Shown here: positions 39,343 through 51,263 of the stretch, in pieces | Position numbering within the stretch: position 1 is the stretch's first letter | Layout: every line of letters starts with the position of its first letter | Assembly (NCBI GenBank): GCA_963709585.1 | Contig: CAVPXI010000007.1 | Location: 64,001-128,000 of the forward strand | Reading direction: 5' to 3' | DNA: 64,000 bases | Source: Candidatus Dormiibacterota bacterium | GTDB lineage: Bacteria > Chloroflexota > Dormibacteria > Aeolococcales > Aeolococcaceae | The notes under the pieces: model-generated | The model's database searches: none | Seen by the model: the letters and a program-made list of their open reading frames with translations, nothing else | Told to the model about the DNA's origin: nothing | Program-made: the position numbers and the translations under genes

Positions 39343-40541
39343 GTGAGCCCGGCGGCCGGCCACAACCCGGGAAACAGGGGGCTCACGGGGGATTCCCCCG
39401 AGTGCCGGGTGGTGGTTGTCGGCGCGGGCGCGATCGGGCTTGCGGTCGCTCTCCAACTCCGGCGTGCAGGGGTGGAGCGGGTCGTCGTGATCGACCGAAA
39501 CCCCTCGCCCGGCATGGGCTCGACGAGCCGCGCCAACGGCGGGGTTCGAGCGCAATTCACCACGCCGGTCAACATCACGTTCTCGCAATTCACCATCGAG
39601 AAGCTCCGCGAGTTGGACGAGGTCGAGGGTGCGCAGGTGGGGTTCCGTGCGGTCGGCTACCTCTTCCTCACCGGGACCGACGCGGGCGAGATTGCTCTCC
39701 GGCGGAGTTGGGAGTTGCAACGGTCACTCGGCGTCGACGTCCAGTGGCTCTCGCTCGCTCAGGTCCTCGAGATCGCCCCCTTTGTCAACGTCGACGGGCT
39801 ATCCGCCGCGACGTTCTGCGCCGGTGACGGAACCATCGACCCGCACGGTGTGGTGAGCGCGTTGTGGGCGGCGTGCCGGCGTCTTGACACCTCCTTTCTG
39901 CTCGACACCGAGGTGCTCGACGTGGCAGGAGGCCTGCGGCGCGCGTCCGCACCACGGCGGGAGACATCGAGACCGAGTTCGTCGTCAACGCCGGCGGGCC
40001 GTTCGCTCGTGAGCTGGCGGCGATGGCAGGCGTCGATCTCCCGGTCGTGTCGCGCCGGAGAAACCTTGCGTGCACCGAGGCTGTTCCCGGGATCCCAGAC
40101 GCGATCCCCATGTGTGTCGACAACGACACCGGTGTGCTCATCCGCCGCGAGGGTGCCGGCTTTCTGATCGGGTTCTCCGATCCCGCCGACCCACCGAGCA
40201 TGGACACCACCTTCGATCCCGCATTCCTCGACGCGGTCGCCGCGCGGGTCGGCAACCGCTTCCCCTTCCTCGAGGACGTGCCGATCAGCTCGCGAAAATG
40301 CTGGGCCGGGCTGTATCCCGAAACCCCGGACCACCACGCCATCATCGACGCCGCAGCCACGGCACCGTGGTTCATCCAGTGCGTGGGCTTCGGCGGCCAC
40401 GGCATCATGCACTCGCTTGCGGCGGGACAGGCGGTGACCGAGTTGATCAGCGAGGGTGAGTGCAGCAGCTTCGACCTGCGCCCGCTGCGACTGAGCCGCT
40501 TCGCCGAACCCGGAGCGGTCGTCGAGACCGCGGTGCTCTAA
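39343..40541 (+). CDS. FAD-dependent oxidoreductase (DAO/sarcosine oxidase beta-like), apparent frameshift near 39940
   Basis: VVGAGAIG, GSTSRANGGVRAQF, VNAGG, WAGLY..TPDHHAII, GFGGHGIMHS. Confidence 0.82.
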
Positions 40542-41433
40542 GCGACAGGGTGGAGCGCTGCGAGCGCTCCCGCCGGGTCGTCGATCAGGGTGCGGAGCGC
40601 CTGCCGCTGCTCCGCGTTCAGCGTCTGCAGGGGCGGTCTGACCGCGTCCTCGATCGCGACCCCGCGACGTTGCAGGATGAACTTCAACGCAGAGTGAAAG
40701 GGGAACGGTTCGATGGCTGATCTCGCCCGCGCGGCCCGAGCGCTCGCCTCCGGTGTGCCCGAGCGGACGGCGCCGATGGTCAGCTCGGGGAGCGCCGCGG
40801 CAAGGCCGGAGACCGCGCCTGCTGCGCCTGACTCCAGTCCCTGACAGATCAGGCCTTCGGCGCCGATGAACACGTCGAGGCCGGGAATCAGGTACGGCTT
40901 GACCCGATCGAAGGGAGCGTCGGAGACCTTGAGCCCGGCCAGGTTCGACGCGGTGGACTGCAGTCGCCGGACCACCTCGACCGGGACCGCGTAGCCGCTC
41001 CGCGCTGCGAACTCGTAGATGTAGAAGGGCAGTGGTGCGCATGCGCTTGCGGCTGCGTCGAGGTGGCGCCAGATGGCCTCCGCGTCGAGTGCGAAGTATG
41101 GAGGCGGGATCACGGCGACTCCGGCCGCGCCGTGGCTCGCCGCATGCTCGGCGAGAACCACCGTGTCGTGCGTGGTCTGCGCGCCGCAGTGCACCACGAC
41201 CGCGAGCCGGTGATGCGCCGATGTCACGAACTCGTCCGCCGCACGTCGACGCTCGTCGACCGAGAACAGGATCCCCTCGCCCGTGGTGCCGAGCGCGAGG
41301 ACGCCGTCAAGACCGGCGCGGGCGTAGAAGTCCACGACCGCTCGATCCCATCGCCATCGACGGCACCGTCCGCAGCCGTGAGCGGCGTGACCGCCGCCGC
41401 GAGGGTGCCGCGAATCCGATGCTGCGATTCCAT
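40538..41433 (-). CDS. Dihydrodipicolinate synthase/aldolase-family protein, apparent frameshift near 41340
   Basis: AAVTPL, LGTTGEG, PPPYF, FYIYE, GLKVSD. Confidence 0.82.
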
Positions 41434-41439
41434 GGCTCA

Positions 41440-44077
41440 GCCGAGTGTAGCCGCGCGGTCGGACAGCGATGCGACGTCATAAGCGATCGCGCTGCACCGG
41501 TTCGGCGCAGCAGCAGGTCGGCGACCAGGCCGGTCCACCCGGTCTGGTGCGATGCGCCGAGGCCCCTGCCCGGTCTCCGCGTGAAAGTACTCGTGGAACG
41601 GGATGGCATCCGCGAGGTCGGGCCGCGTGTAGAGATTGATGCCCGCGACCACCGGGCGCACGCCGTCCGGGCCTTCAGGAAGATGGATGCAAGACGCGCG
41701 GCGATGTCGTCTGCGACCGCGCCGAGGTGCGCCTGACGGCCCGACCCGCGCGGGTACTCGACGGTCCATGCGTCGCCGAGGAAGCGGTGATACACGCGAA
41801 GCGCCTCGATGATCAGGTGGTTGACTGGAAACCAGACCGGTCCACGCCAGTTCGAGTTGCCGCCATAGAGCCGCGAGGTCGATTCCGCGGGCTCGTAATC
41901 GAGCCGCGCGACAGTACCGCCGAGGTCGACCTCGAGCGGATGGTCGGCATGATATTGCGAAAGCGCGCGCAGGCCGTGGTCGCTCAGGAACTCCGACTCG
42001 TCGAGCACATACTCGAGAATGCGGCGCAGGCGGTCGGGGTCGACGATCGCGAGCAGGCGGCTTTCGCGCTGCGTCGTCCTCGACCTCGAGCGATACGGCT
42101 GCGGCGTAACGCGGTTTGAGCTTGATGAACAAGCGCAGCCGCGCCGCAAAATCCGGGAGCCGGCGCAGGGTGTCGTGACCGAGCGTCGTCGCGGCGCAGA
42201 GCGGGATGAGCCCCACGATCGAGCGCGCCTGGATCGGAATCCGCGTGCCGTCGGCGAGGTGCCAGCTGTCGTAGTAGAAGCCGGCATCCTCGTCCCAGAG
42301 TCCCTGTTCGTTCATGGCGGTCGCGATGGTCGCGAAGTGCTCGAAGAACTTCGTCGCCACATCCTCGTACGTGCGATCGAAGCTTGCGAGGATCAGGGCA
42401 ATCTCGAGGAGGTTGAGCGAGTACATGGCCATCCACGCGGTGCCGTCCGATTGCTCCAGGTGGCCGCCGGCGGGGAGCACCGCCGAACGGTTGAACGGGC
42501 CGACATTGTCAAGGCCCAGGAACCCGCCCTCGAAGATGTTGTTGCCCTCGGCGTCCTCGCGATTGACCCACCAGGTGAAGTTGATGAGCAGCTTGTGGAA
42601 GACGCGCGCGAGGAACTGGTAATCGGTCGCGCCGTCGATCTCGAAAACTCGCAGCGCAGCCCATGCGTGCACCGGCGGATTGACGTCGTCGAAGGACCAT
42701 TCGTAGGCTGGGAGCTGGCCGTTGGCATGCATGTACCACTCGCGACAGAGCAGGATCAGCTGCTGCTTGGCAAACTCGGGATCGACGTGGGCCAGCGCGA
42801 CGCACTGGAAACCCAGGTCCCAGGCGGCGAACCAGGGATATTCCCACTTGTCGGGCATGGAGAGCACGTCCGCGGTGTCGACGTGACGCCATCCGGCGTT
42901 GCGTCCCACGAGTCGCTCGGCGGGCGGTGCGGGTTCGGCCGGGTCGCCGTCGAGCCAGCGCGTCACGTTGTAGTGGTAGAACTGCTTGCCCCACAGCATG
43001 CCGCTGAGCGCTTGACGGACGACGAGGCGCTCGTCGGTCGTGAGAGGGTCGACCATCACGCTCGCGTAAAACGCGTCGGCTTCGCTGTGGCGGAGCTCGA
43101 GCGCAGCTGCCGCACCGCCGGCGGCGTCGGTCTCGCGGCGGCCGAATCGAAGCCTGATCAACGCATGCTCGCCGGGGTCGACGGAGAGCACGTAGTGCAG
43201 CGCCCCCTTGGTTCCGACCTGCGCGGGATTAACGGTCTGCGCAGCGTGGATCACGTGGTCGTTGATGCCGTCCTTGGGAAAGCCGCTGCGTGACGTCGAT
43301 CCCCAGAGGCGCTCGGCGTTGGACTCGTTGTCGCAGACCAGCGTCGTGTAGTCGCCGTCCCCGGTGAGGAACATCCGGCCCACCACCGTGTGGTCGGCGA
43401 CGATTCGTCCGTTCTCCACGTGCAGTGACGGAGTCGTGTCGGTGATGCCCCACGCCCATGTGTTGCGGAACCAGAGCGTCGGGAGGATGTGGAGGCTCTG
43501 GGTGGTGGCGCCGGTGTTGCGAGCGCACAATTCCAGGATGAGATCTTCGGGCGTCTCCTTCGCGTAGTCGAGGGTGATGTCCCAGAAGCCGCTGTCGAGC
43601 ACGCCGGTGTCCGCAAGCTCGTACTCGGGGTCGAGCTCACCGCGACGCTGGTTCTCGGCGAGCAGATCGTCGTAGGGAAACGCGACCTGCGGATAGAGAT
43701 ATCGCCAGCGCATCCACGAATGCGTCGGCGTCGAATCGACGTACCACCAGTATTCCTTGGCGTCCTCAGCCATGATTTCCCTGCGGGCCGGTCAGCCCGA
43801 AGATCCGCTCCTTGAGGATGGGATCGACGCCGTTCCAGAACGCGAACGCGAGACACAGCAACTGGTGCTCATCGCAGATCCCGCCAAGGCCCTCCTCGCT
43901 CCAGCGGAAGGCTCGCGAACGCGCCTGGTCGTGGGGAACGTAGCTCCAGGCGTCCCCGTTCGCGCTGTAGTCCTCGCGCACCGTGCCCCAGGCGCGCTCG
44001 CTGAGATACGGCCCCCAGCGCCGCCAGCCCGCCGGATCGTCGCGGAGCCGCGCGCGCTCGGCGTCGTGGTTGGTCAC
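41440..44077 (-). CDS. GH63/MGH1-like glucosidase with at least four apparent frameshifts; 3' end uncertain
   Basis: [85 protein letters not shown]. Confidence 0.82.
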
Positions 44078-44106
44078 GACCGTCCGGCCGCGGTGGCGTT
44101 CAGGCT

Positions 44107-45444
44107 CTAGCCCTGGACGGCCTGGTCCGCGATCGAGAGTGCGCCGTCGATGACCTCGAACCCGTGCGCCAGCTCCTCCGCGCTGATGCAGAGCGGCGGG
44201 TTGGTGTGGATCGAGTTGTTGGAGACCATCGTGTACACGCCGTGTTCCCGAAGATACATGGCGATGGCGGTCATCTCCGCGCTGGTCGCGTTGAACGCGG
44301 TCATCGGCGTATACGGCTCCTGCTTTCTGACCAGGTCGAGGATGCCGAAGAGTCCGAGGTTTCGGTGCGCGCCGACGCTGGGGTGCTTCGCTGCCAGCCG
44401 CTCGTGATGCGCGCGCATGACGGAGTCCATCGCGGCAGCACGTTCGATGAGGTGATCCTCCTCGTACACGCTCAAGGTCGCGAGCGAGGCGGCAAGTGAC
44501 ACCGGGTGGCTGGAGTAGGTGAGCCCGCCGTAGAACATCGTCGTATCGAACTTCTCGGCGATGTGCCGGCGCATCGCGACGGCGCCCAACGGAAGATACG
44601 AGGATGTGAGGCCCTTGGCCATGGTCATCAGGTCCGGGACCGTGTTCCAGTGCTCGATTGCGAACCACCTGCCGGTGCGCCCGAAGCCTGCCATCACCTC
44701 GTCGGCCACCATCAGGATGCCGTGCCGGTCGCAGAGTTCGCGAACGCCTTGAATGTAACCGTCCGGCGGTATCAGGATGCCGTTGGTGCCGACGATGGTC
44801 TCGAGGAATATCGCCGCGATGGTGTGCGGTCCCTCGTACATGATCACGTCCTCGAGACCGCGGAGGCTCTCCTCCACGGGTCGTGGCTCGCGCTCGCCCC
44901 AGCGATGGGTGTCGGGATACCGGACCACGCCGACGAGCCCCGGCTCCGTCGCCCAGCGGCGCGGATCGCCGGTGAGCGTCATCGCCCCCATGGTCGCGCC
45001 GTGGTAGGCGCGGTAGCGAGCGAGGATCTTGTAGCGCCCGGTGTACTGGCGGGCGATCTTGATCGCATTCTCGATCGCCTCGGCGCCACCGAGCGTGAAG
45101 AAGACCTTGTCGAGATCGCCGGGCAGGAGCCCGGTCAGCTTCTCGCCGAGTTGCGCTCGAATCTCGGTGACGAAGGCGGGCTGGACGAATTGCAGTCTGG
45201 TGGCCTGCTCGACGATGGCGTCGACGACCCGTCGGTCTCCGTGGCCGATGTTCACCGACATCAGCTGGCTGTTGAAGTCGAGAATGCGCCGTCCTTCCGG
45301 CGTGTACAACCAGACGCCCTCGGCATGATCGACGGCGATGGGATCGACCGCGCCCTGCACCGACCACGAGAAGAATGTGTGCTCCTTTGACAACCGCACG
45401 ATCTCTTCGCTGGTCATCCGGCGTTGCTCGACCTGAACGCTCAC
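44107..45444 (-). CDS. Class III PLP aminotransferase (taurine/beta-alanine-pyruvate-like)
   Basis: [39 protein letters not shown]. Confidence 0.9.
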   Translation of the reverse strand: MSVQVEQRRMTSEEIVRLSKEHTFFSWSVQGAVDPIAVDHAEGVWLYTPEGRRILDFNSQLMSVNIGHGDRRVVDAIVEQATRLQFVQPAFVTEIRAQLGEKLTGLLPGDLDKVFFTLGGAEAIENAIKIARQYTGRYKILARYRAYHGATMGAMTLTGDPRRWATEPGLVGVVRYPDTHRWGEREPRPVEESLRGLEDVIMYEGPHTIAAIFLETIVGTNGILIPPDGYIQGVRELCDRHGILMVADEVMAGFGRTGRWFAIEHWNTVPDLMTMAKGLTSSYLPLGAVAMRRHIAEKFDTTMFYGGLTYSSHPVSLAASLATLSVYEEDHLIERAAAMDSVMRAHHERLAAKHPSVGAHRNLGLFGILDLVRKQEPYTPMTAFNATSAEMTAIAMYLREHGVYTMVSNNSIHTNPPLCISAEELAHGFEVIDGALSIADQAVQG

Positions 45445-45564
45445 GGGGTCCTGGACTCCTCTCGTCGAGACATCAACATGGCACAGTATCACCGTGTCAC
45501 ACGCTCGGGAATTCGGCATCGAGACCGGTACCCGCGAGCCTTTCGGACCCCGTGGGACAGGGAT

Positions 45565-46536
45565 GTGACCCTCCTCGTCGGAGTGGTCGAGGGCGATCCA
45601 CCAAGCCGCGACATCCTGGATCCGCGGCCGGATGTTCGATACGTCTTCGTCGATCCCGCGTCGCCGCTGCCGGCGGACGCCGCCGACGCCGACGCGCTGC
45701 TGATCTGGAACGTCCGCAGCGGCTACCTTCGCGAGCAGTGGAGCCGCTTCACCCGGCTTCGCTGGGTCCACGCGGGCACCGCCGGCGTCGAACGCGTGCT
45801 CTTCCCGGAGCTCGCCGCCAGCGACGTCGTGCTCACCAACTCGCGGTACGTCTTCGACCAGGCCCTCGCCGAGTACACGATCGGTCTGATGCTGGCCCTG
45901 AACAAGGACCTGCAGGCCACGTTCAGGCACCAGCTCGAGCATCGATGGGTGCAGCGTGAGAGCGAGACACTTTCAGGCAAGACCGTCGTGATGCTCGGCG
46001 TCGGTCCGATCGCACGGCGGACCGCCCAGCTGGCCAATGCACTCGGCATGTCGGTGCGCGGCATCGGGCGAACCGCACGCGCCGGCGATCCCGACTTCGG
46101 CGACATCGCCGCGTCCGATGCCCTGCCCGAGCTGTTCGCGGGCGCGGACTATGTCGTGATGGTCCTGCCCAGCACTCCGCAGACCGCCGGCATGGTCGGT
46201 GCCGCCGCCCTCGGCGCGCTCAAGCCGGCCGCGCGGCTCGTCAACGTCGGCCGTGGATCGACGCTCGACCAGGACGCGCTGTCCACGGCGCTGCGCGAGG
46301 GGCGGATCGCCGGGGCTGCCCTCGACGTCATGACCCCGGAACCGTTACCTGCTGACTCGCCGCTGTGGGACGTGCCGAACCTGATCATCTCGCCGCACAT
46401 GTCCGGCGACCACGCGGGCTGGCAGCGAGAGATCGCCGACCTGTTCACGAGAAACCTCGAGCGGTTCCAGCGCGGGGAGCCACTGCTCAACGTCGTCGAC
46501 AAGCGCCTCGGCTACGCGCCCTCGGAGCATCCATGA
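45565..46536 (+). CDS. D-2-hydroxyacid dehydrogenase family protein
   Basis: AGVE, LTNSR, GVGPIA, LVNVGRG, LDV..PEPLP, SPHMSG. Confidence 0.88.
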   Translation: MTLLVGVVEGDPPSRDILDPRPDVRYVFVDPASPLPADAADADALLIWNVRSGYLREQWSRFTRLRWVHAGTAGVERVLFPELAASDVVLTNSRYVFDQALAEYTIGLMLALNKDLQATFRHQLEHRWVQRESETLSGKTVVMLGVGPIARRTAQLANALGMSVRGIGRTARAGDPDFGDIAASDALPELFAGADYVVMVLPSTPQTAGMVGAAALGALKPAARLVNVGRGSTLDQDALSTALREGRIAGAALDVMTPEPLPADSPLWDVPNLIISPHMSGDHAGWQREIADLFTRNLERFQRGEPLLNVVDKRLGYAPSEHP

Positions 46537-46571
46537 CGCTGGTCGGGTGATTTGCGTATGGTTGCGCCGCC

Positions 46572-46970
46572 ATGCCGGACGCTGACCTCAGCTCTGCCCA
46601 CGAGTTCGCCTCGGTCAAGGACATCGGGCCTCTGGCACTCATGGATGGCCTGCGCGTCCGGGCGGTCAATGGAGAGCGGATCACACTCGCCGTCTTCGAA
46701 CTGGATCCCGGAATCGCAATGCCCGAGCACCGCCATCCAAACGAGCAGGTCGGGGTCGTGGTGCGCGGAGAGTTCACCTTCACGGTCGGCGGTGAGACGC
46801 AGCTGCGCAAACCGGGCGACATGTGGGTGATCCCACCGGGCGTTCCACACGCGGTCGAGCGCGCCGGCGAGGCGGGGTGCACGATCGTGGAGACATTCTC
46901 GCCACCGCGAGACGACTGGGCGGACAAGCCCCGCCAGGCCCCGTCGGCCGATGGCTGGCCGCAACCCTGA
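46572..46970 (+). CDS. Cupin domain protein
   Basis: PEHRHPNEQ, GDMWVIPPGVPH, ETFSPPRDD. Confidence 0.85.
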   Translation: MPDADLSSAHEFASVKDIGPLALMDGLRVRAVNGERITLAVFELDPGIAMPEHRHPNEQVGVVVRGEFTFTVGGETQLRKPGDMWVIPPGVPHAVERAGEAGCTIVETFSPPRDDWADKPRQAPSADGWPQP

Positions 46971-46982
46971 TCCAGCCTGAGG

Positions 46983-47219
46983 TCAGTCCCCGGTCGACCC
47001 CTCGGATGAGAACTGAAGTACGTGCATGTCCTCCAGCAGCCGGTCGGCAAGCCTGAGAAAGCGTCGCGTCCGCCACGCTTGATCCGCTTCTCCGGTGGTC
47101 AGCACTGGAACCGCCGCCTCTTTGATAACAAGCAGCAGCGCCTCGAGATCACGCATCAACCGCAGGACGCGCGTCCACGCGTCTTCCTGTTCGTTCATTC
47201 CCCGTTCCCCTTCCGCCAT
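46983..47219 (-). CDS. Small hypothetical protein
   Basis: Fills the gap; helical character (WTRVLRLMRDLEALLL); no recognisable motif. Confidence 0.4.
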   Translation of the reverse strand: MAEGERGMNEQEDAWTRVLRLMRDLEALLLVIKEAAVPVLTTGEADQAWRTRRFLRLADRLLEDMHVLQFSSEGSTGD

Positions 47220-47365
47220 GCCGAGTGGCACGCAGGAACATCTTCGCACATCTTGTGCTTCGTTTGGAGCGTTCGATCTTGACCAAGGGATCCGGGCCTC
47301 GCTGGCCCCGGGGTGCCGGCCGACTACAGTGGGGCCTCAGGCCGTCGCATGAACAGGGAGAAGCA

Positions 47366-47575
47366 ATGAAAATCAGCGCGCGCAACAAGCTGCCCGGCCG
47401 TGTCGAGCAGATCACCCGTGGAGCCGCCACCGCGAACGTGGTGGTCTCGGTCGCGGGCATGTCCATGACAGCCGCGATCACCGTCGATGCGGTCGAGGAG
47501 CTCGGCATCAAGGTCGGCAGCGAGGTCATCGTGATCGTCAAGGCGTCCGACGTCATGCTGGCCGTCGCCGAGTAG
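47366..47575 (+). CDS. Single TOBE-domain molybdate-binding protein (Mop/molbindin)
   Basis: MKISARNKLPG, AAIT..AVEELG, IVKASDV; GGGAG RBS upstream. Confidence 0.9.
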   Translation: MKISARNKLPGRVEQITRGAATANVVVSVAGMSMTAAITVDAVEELGIKVGSEVIVIVKASDVMLAVAE

Positions 47576-47604
47576 CTCCCGGCCACCCGAGACGACCTCA
47601 GCGC

Positions 47605-48705
47605 TTAGAGATTGCCTCGAGCCGCCTGCTCGCGCTCGATGGACTCGAACAGGGCTTTGAAGTTTCCCTTGCCGAAGCCCTTGCACCCCTTGCGCTGGAT
47701 GACCTCGAAGAACAGTGTCGGACGGTCGCCGACGGGGCGCGTGAAGATCTGCAGCAGGTAGCCGTCGTCATCGCGGTCGATGAGGATGTTGAGCGAGCGC
47801 AGCCGGTCGAGGTCCTCGTCGATGCCCGCGGCCCTTTCCCCGAGTGCGTCGTAGTAGGCGCCGGGGGCAGTGAGGAACTCCACGCCGCGGTCATGCATCT
47901 CCTGCACCGTGCCGACGATGTCGTCCGTGTGGACGGCGATGTGCTGGATGCCGCTGCCGCGGTAATAGTCGAGGTACTCCTGGATCTGCGACTTCCTGAG
48001 CCCGACGTGTGGCTCATTGATCGGCATGGTGATCTGGGTGCGCGGGTCGCGCGCCACCTTTGAGCGCAGCGCGCTGTACTGGGTCGCGATGTCCTTTTCG
48101 TCGAATTCCTGGAAGACCGTGAATCCGAACACCTCTGAGTAGAACGAGATCCAGTCGTCCATCTTGCCGGTGTCGACGTTGCCAACCGTGTGGTCGATGA
48201 AGCGGAGTCCAACGCCACCGCCGCTGCGACTGTCGGCGCGGTACCCGGGCCAGAAGACGCCGGAATACTCGTTGCGCTCGACAAAGGTGTGGATGGTGTC
48301 ACCGAACGTCGCGATCGAGGCGGAGGTCACGACCCCGTGCTCGTCCTCGGCGCGTGCCGGCTCTGCAACGCTGCGCGCCCCGCGTGCGGTGGCCGCCTCG
48401 TACGCGGCGGTCGCGTCCTCGACCCGGAGCGCGATGGTGCGGACCCCCTCACCGTGGAGCCGAAGGTGCTCGGCGATATCGCCCTCGGGCTGGAGCGGCG
48501 CAGTGAGCACCAGGCGCACCTTGCCCTGCTCGAGGACGTAGCTCGCCCGATCGCGAATGCCGGTCTCGGGTCCAGCGTAGGCGACGATGTCAAACCCGAA
48601 GGCCTTGCGGTAGTGGTATGCGGCCTGGCGCGCGTTGCCGACCCACAGCTCGACGTGATCGGTGCCCTCGAGCACGGGCACGGCAACCTCGGCGACCTGA
48701 ACCAT
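47605..48705 (-). CDS. hppD: 4-hydroxyphenylpyruvate dioxygenase
   Basis: [61 protein letters not shown]. Confidence 0.95.
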   Translation of the reverse strand: MVQVAEVAVPVLEGTDHVELWVGNARQAAYHYRKAFGFDIVAYAGPETGIRDRASYVLEQGKVRLVLTAPLQPEGDIAEHLRLHGEGVRTIALRVEDATAAYEAATARGARSVAEPARAEDEHGVVTSASIATFGDTIHTFVERNEYSGVFWPGYRADSRSGGGVGLRFIDHTVGNVDTGKMDDWISFYSEVFGFTVFQEFDEKDIATQYSALRSKVARDPRTQITMPINEPHVGLRKSQIQEYLDYYRGSGIQHIAVHTDDIVGTVQEMHDRGVEFLTAPGAYYDALGERAAGIDEDLDRLRSLNILIDRDDDGYLLQIFTRPVGDRPTLFFEVIQRKGCKGFGKGNFKALFESIEREQAARGNL

Positions 48706-48724
48706 GTGGTTCTATTGTAGGAGC

Positions 48725-49735
48725 ATGAGATCAAGCGGCCAGAACGACCCTGGCGGCGCGGAGAGCGCACCACCGGGCGGGTCGGCGCCGGGCGCCGTCG
48801 TGGATCGCCACGAAGCCGAATTCCAGGCACTGATCGACGCCGATCAGCGGATCGAACCGCGCGACTGGATGCCCGCCGGCTACCGGAAGACGCTCATCCG
48901 CCAGATCGCGCAGCACGCCCACTCCGAGATCATCGGCATGCAGCCCGAGGGCAACTGGATCACCCGTGCCCCATCGCTGCGGCGCAAGGCGATCCTCATG
49001 GCCAAGGTGCAGGACGAGGCCGGTCACGGCCTGTACTTGTACTGCGCCGCTGAAACGCTCGGCGTCGATCGCTCCGAGCTCATCGACCTCCTGCACGAGG
49101 GGCGCCAGAAGTACTCGAGCATCTTCAACTACCCGACGCTCACCTGGGCGGACGTCGGCGCGATCGGCTGGCTCGTCGACGGCGCGGCGATCACCAACCA
49201 GATCCCGCTCTGCCGCTGCTCCTTCGGCCCGTACGCGAGGGCGATGGTGCGCGTGTGCAAGGAGGAATCCTTCCACCAGCGGCAGGGGTTCGAGTTGCTC
49301 TACGCGATGTCGCATGGGACTCCCGAGCAGCACGAGATGGCCCAGGATGCGGTGAACCGCTGGTGGTGGCCGTCCGTCGAGATGCTCGGTCCCCCCGACA
49401 CCGAGTTGACGCACAGCGCGCAGTCGATGGCGTGGGGCATCAAGCGATTCTCGAACGACGAGCTGCGCCAGCGCTTCATCGACATGGTCGCGCCGCAGGC
49501 TGTCGTGCTCGGTCTGACGCCGCCGGATCCGGAACTTCGCTGGAACGAGGAACGCGAGCACTACGATTTCGGACCGTGCGACTTCGAGGAGCTGCGACGC
49601 GTGGTCAGCGGTGACGGTCCATGCGACCGGCAGCGCGCCGCGCATCACCTGAAAGCGCACGAGGATGGTGCCTGGGTGCGGGCGGCGGCCGCCGCCTATG
49701 CGGCCAAGCACGCGGCGACCAGCGCGGCGGCATGA
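48725..49735 (+). CDS. paaA: 1,2-phenylacetyl-CoA epoxidase subunit A
   Basis: [41 protein letters not shown]. Confidence 0.95.
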   Translation: MRSSGQNDPGGAESAPPGGSAPGAVVDRHEAEFQALIDADQRIEPRDWMPAGYRKTLIRQIAQHAHSEIIGMQPEGNWITRAPSLRRKAILMAKVQDEAGHGLYLYCAAETLGVDRSELIDLLHEGRQKYSSIFNYPTLTWADVGAIGWLVDGAAITNQIPLCRCSFGPYARAMVRVCKEESFHQRQGFELLYAMSHGTPEQHEMAQDAVNRWWWPSVEMLGPPDTELTHSAQSMAWGIKRFSNDELRQRFIDMVAPQAVVLGLTPPDPELRWNEEREHYDFGPCDFEELRRVVSGDGPCDRQRAAHHLKAHEDGAWVRAAAAAYAAKHAATSAAA

Positions 49736-50022
49736 GCGAGGAAACGCCTTCGCCGCTCTGGGAGGTCTTCATCCGCAGCAAGCGCGGGCTGTCCCACAAC
49801 CACGTGGGCAGCCTGCACGCCCCAGACGCCGAGATGGCGCTGCGCAACGCGCGCGACGTGTACACGCGGCGCATGGAGGGGGTGAGCATCTGGGTCGTCC
49901 CTTCGGCGCTGATCACCGCGTCATCTCCAGACGAGAAGGACTCGTTCTTCGACCCGGCGTCCGACAAGGCATACCGGCATCCCACGTTCTACTCGATACC
50001 GAAGGAAGTGCGGCAGCTGTGA
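49732..50022 (+). CDS. paaB: 1,2-phenylacetyl-CoA epoxidase subunit B
   Basis: [42 protein letters not shown]. Confidence 0.95.
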   Translation: MSEETPSPLWEVFIRSKRGLSHNHVGSLHAPDAEMALRNARDVYTRRMEGVSIWVVPSALITASSPDEKDSFFDPASDKAYRHPTFYSIPKEVRQL

Positions 50023-50783
50023 CCCTCGTGGTCGCCGGCGCGGCGGCCGTGTACACGCTGCGCGCCGCGGACGATTGCCTCGTGCTCTCGCACCGGCTGG
50101 CGCAGTGGTCGTCGTGGGCGCCGACCCTGGAGGACGACGTCGCCTTGACGAACATCGCGCTCGACCTGCTCGGCCAGGGGCGTGCGATGTACGCCCGCAC
50201 CGCCGAGCTCGACGGCACCGGCCGCTCCGAGGACGACTACGCCTTCATGCGAGATGAGCGCGAGTTTGTGAACTGTCTGCTCGTCGAACAGGAGAACGGC
50301 GACTTCGCCACGACGATCCTTCGCCAGCTCCTGTGTTCGACATATCAGCTCGCGCAGTGGCAGGCGTTGGTGACGTCGACGGACGATCAGGTCGCGGCGA
50401 TCGCCGCCAAAGCCGTCAAGGAGACGGCGTATCACCGCGACCATGCCACCGACTGGACGCTCCGCCTCGGCGACGGGACCGACGAGAGCCATCGCCGTAT
50501 GGACAGCGCCCTGGCAGCCCTCTGGCCGTTCACCGCCGAGCTTTTCGAGAGCGACTTCGTCGCCCGCGACGTTGCCGCCCTGGGCGTCGGTCCCGACCCG
50601 GAGACGCTCCGCCCCGAGTGGGAGGGGTATATCGGCCGCGTTCTCAACGACGCCACCCTCGTGGTACCGGAGAGTACCTGGAGGCCTTCCGGCGGGCGGC
50701 AGGGACTACACACCGAGCCGTTTGGGTACATGCTCGCCGAGATGCAACACCTTCATCGCTCATTTCCGGGTGTCACGTGGTGA
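50019..50783 (+). CDS. paaC: 1,2-phenylacetyl-CoA epoxidase subunit C
   Basis: LEDDVALTNIALDLLGQ, KAVKETAYH, RLGDGTDESH, HTE..GYMLAEMQ. Confidence 0.93.
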   Translation: MTLVVAGAAAVYTLRAADDCLVLSHRLAQWSSWAPTLEDDVALTNIALDLLGQGRAMYARTAELDGTGRSEDDYAFMRDEREFVNCLLVEQENGDFATTILRQLLCSTYQLAQWQALVTSTDDQVAAIAAKAVKETAYHRDHATDWTLRLGDGTDESHRRMDSALAALWPFTAELFESDFVARDVAALGVGPDPETLRPEWEGYIGRVLNDATLVVPESTWRPSGGRQGLHTEPFGYMLAEMQHLHRSFPGVTW

Positions 50784-51259
50784 CCGCGAGCGAAGAGATC
50801 CGTCGCGTGGCCGGGGCGATCCCCGACCCTGAGATGCCTGCCCTGACCATCGCCGACCTCGGCATCCTTCGCGATGTCCGCGTCGACGCATCCGGGCATG
50901 TCGACGTCGACATCACGCCGACGTACTCGGGGTGCCCGGCGCTCGACACCATCCGTGAGGACGTCGAACGTTGTGTGCGAAACCAGGGCTACGCCGATGT
51001 CAGCGTGCGCATCGTGCTCTCACCCGCATGGACGACCGAGTGGATGTCCGAGGCCGGGCGAGTCAAGCTGCGCGAGTACGGCATCGCGCCTCCGCGTCAG
51101 CACGCCTTCGAGGTGACGCCGCTGACCATCGCGGTGCAATGTCCTCTGTGCAACTCGTCGCGCACTCACGAGCTGGCCCACTTCGGCTCGACCCAGTGCC
51201 AGGCGGTGCGCCAGTGCGATGCCTGCGGCGAGACCTTCCCGCACTTCAAGGAGCACTGA
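50780..51259 (+). CDS. paaD: Phenylacetyl-CoA epoxidase subunit D
   Basis: DPEMP..TI.DLG, TPTYSGCPA, PAWTTEW, CPLC, FGST.C, C.E.F..FK. Confidence 0.92.
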   Translation: MTASEEIRRVAGAIPDPEMPALTIADLGILRDVRVDASGHVDVDITPTYSGCPALDTIREDVERCVRNQGYADVSVRIVLSPAWTTEWMSEAGRVKLREYGIAPPRQHAFEVTPLTIAVQCPLCNSSRTHELAHFGSTQCQAVRQCDACGETFPHFKEH

Positions 51260-51263
51260 GGGG

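Noticed and set aside
47225-47365. Possible Moco/tungsten riboswitch upstream of the TOBE gene
   Set aside because: The leader is GC-rich, but I could not find the conserved stems or GNRA-type elements. An Rfam/Infernal scan would be needed.
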